Part shown: in pieces, positions 63,018 to 64,000 of the stretch
Layout: each line of letters starts with the position of its first letter
Numbering within the stretch: position 1 is the stretch's first letter
Origin: a virus
Taxonomy: Duplodnaviria; Caudoviricetes
Length of the DNA stretch: 64,000 nt
Strand: one strand, 5' to 3'
IMG/VR virus record: IMGVR_UViG_3300047481_000568
Span: 245-64,244 of that record
The notes under the pieces: model-generated
What the model was told of the DNA's origin: nothing
The model's input: only the letters and a program-made list of their open reading frames with translations
Databases searched by the model: none
Program-made: the position numbers and the translations under genes

Positions 63018-63130
63018 AAAACTCCATATACGCTAGTTTTAATAAAGTCCGCTGTCAGGTAGCCCATGTGGTGTTTTGTCGCCTGTAATAGCCTCCTAGA
63101 GGCCTCTAATGCGATCTTAATTAGTTAACC

Positions 63131-64000
63131 TTACCCAACCCGTATGCGAACTGGGACACTTAATAATACAGCACCCACGCCAACGATGACACGGCGATCA
63201 CCCACTGGCACTCTGGAACCCATGGGAACATACACATCAAATACACCTTCAAAAACATTGAGTTCTTTTTCAAATGCTTTTCTAACTTTTTTGGGCGCTT
63301 CTTGAACTGCTTTTGAAATTGCTAACCCATCTTCTGACGACACCTCAGACGCAACCACGGCATCAAATATTTCTGTTGCTTGTTCTCCGTCAATGCTTTC
63401 CAACACTTTTGGACTTGTTGCAAGTTCTGTTGCTTGTTCTTCATTGACTCCGCCTTCTTGTTCAATAATCAAAGTAACTACTTCAGCAACCTGTTCTTTA
63501 GAAATAGTCTCCGATTCAAGAATGTTTACAACTGCTTCAAACTTTTCAGCATCAAGTTTTGTTTCTAAAACAGCCGTAAATGTTTCAATTAAAACTTCAT
63601 CAGTTACTTTTTTATCAAAGATGACGTCAAGAACGGTTTCTAGTTTTTCAGCGTCAAGTTCTCCTTGAAGAACTTCTTTGGCTAATTCAACTGTCTCTTC
63701 ATCTGACAGTTCATCATTGAATACGGCATCAAGAACCGATGCTAACTTTTCTCCAGACAAATCAAGTTCTGAAAGACTATTTATAACCTCTTTTAGTTCT
63801 TCAGTAGAAGCATTTTCTAAATTTTCAATAAAAGCTAACACTTGTTCATCTGTACTAGTTGGTGGTAGAGTAGTGATTGATGAATCATCTACTTGTTCTG
63901 ATCCTGTATCTGCTGTATCTTCCTGCGGCTCTGATATGTCTTCTGGCTGCTCTGTTTCGTCGGGAAGAGTATCGTCTACGCGATCAGGAGCGGTTGTCTC
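63131..64000 (-). CDS. large acidic repeat protein with hydrophobic C-terminus (5' end outside window)
   Basis: Frame open from 64000; T/P/E/D linker, acidic helical repeats, C-terminal VIVGVGAVLLSV. Confidence 0.75.
   Translation of the reverse strand, partial: ETTAPDRVDDTLPDETEQPEDISEPQEDTADTGSEQVDDSSITTLPPTSTDEQVLAFIENLENASTEELKEVINSLSELDLSGEKLASVLDAVFNDELSDEETVELAKEVLQGELDAEKLETVLDVIFDKKVTDEVLIETFTAVLETKLDAEKFEAVVNILESETISKEQVAEVVTLIIEQEGGVNEEQATELATSPKVLESIDGEQATEIFDAVVASEVSSEDGLAISKAVQEAPKKVRKAFEKELNVFEGVFDVYVPMGSRVPVGDRRVIVGVGAVLLSVPVRIRVG

Noticed and set aside
1-64000. Plus-strand ORFs in the supplied track
   Set aside because: All lie antisense to well-supported minus-strand genes, lack recognisable motifs and read like reverse-frame shadows
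1-64000. Stop-codon reassignment
   Set aside because: Core genes are full length under the standard bacterial code and TAA, TAG and TGA all end genes at sensible positions

Overview
The window is a 64-kb slice of a large, AT-rich (about 40% GC by eye) tailed dsDNA phage with a contractile tail, most likely infecting an actinobacterium (two WhiB genes, leaderless TANNNT promoters). Essentially all protein genes are on the minus strand. In transcription order (high to low coordinates): an acidic membrane-anchored protein (partial), glycosyltransferase, KTSC protein, terminase large subunit; an inserted block (Gp88-like protein, holins, M15 endolysin, metallophosphoesterase, HslV/proteasome-beta-like Ntn hydrolase); portal, scaffold, N4-gp56-type major capsid, neck, sheath, tube, tail chaperone with an apparent +1/-2 frameshift extension, tape measure with M15 and NlpC/P60 domains, baseplate; a replication/recombination module (HTH initiator with internal iterons, DnaC-like loader, DnaB, primase, SNF2 helicase, SSB, PolA, RecA, Cas4-like nuclease, resolvase); SpoVS; about 6 kb of low-complexity proteins sharing short motifs; a nucleotide-modification-like cluster (degenerate TGT-like, NDT-like, DUF1599-like); WhiB, a membrane-anchored lytic transglycosylase, and small early genes behind repeated sigma70-type promoters. 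The strongest unexplained signals are (i) a plus-strand four-hairpin RNA candidate with its own promoter and twin UUCCCUUCU loops (31363-31465), (ii) a second hairpin displaying an anti-Shine-Dalgarno loop (1736-1770), (iii) at least eight genes with leaderless promoter geometry, and (iv) a synonymously diverged but amino-acid-identical, RHIM/BASS-like module shared by two disordered proteins. All assignments are from motif recognition by eye; no database searches were run. No tRNA, rRNA, CRISPR array or integrase was seen.
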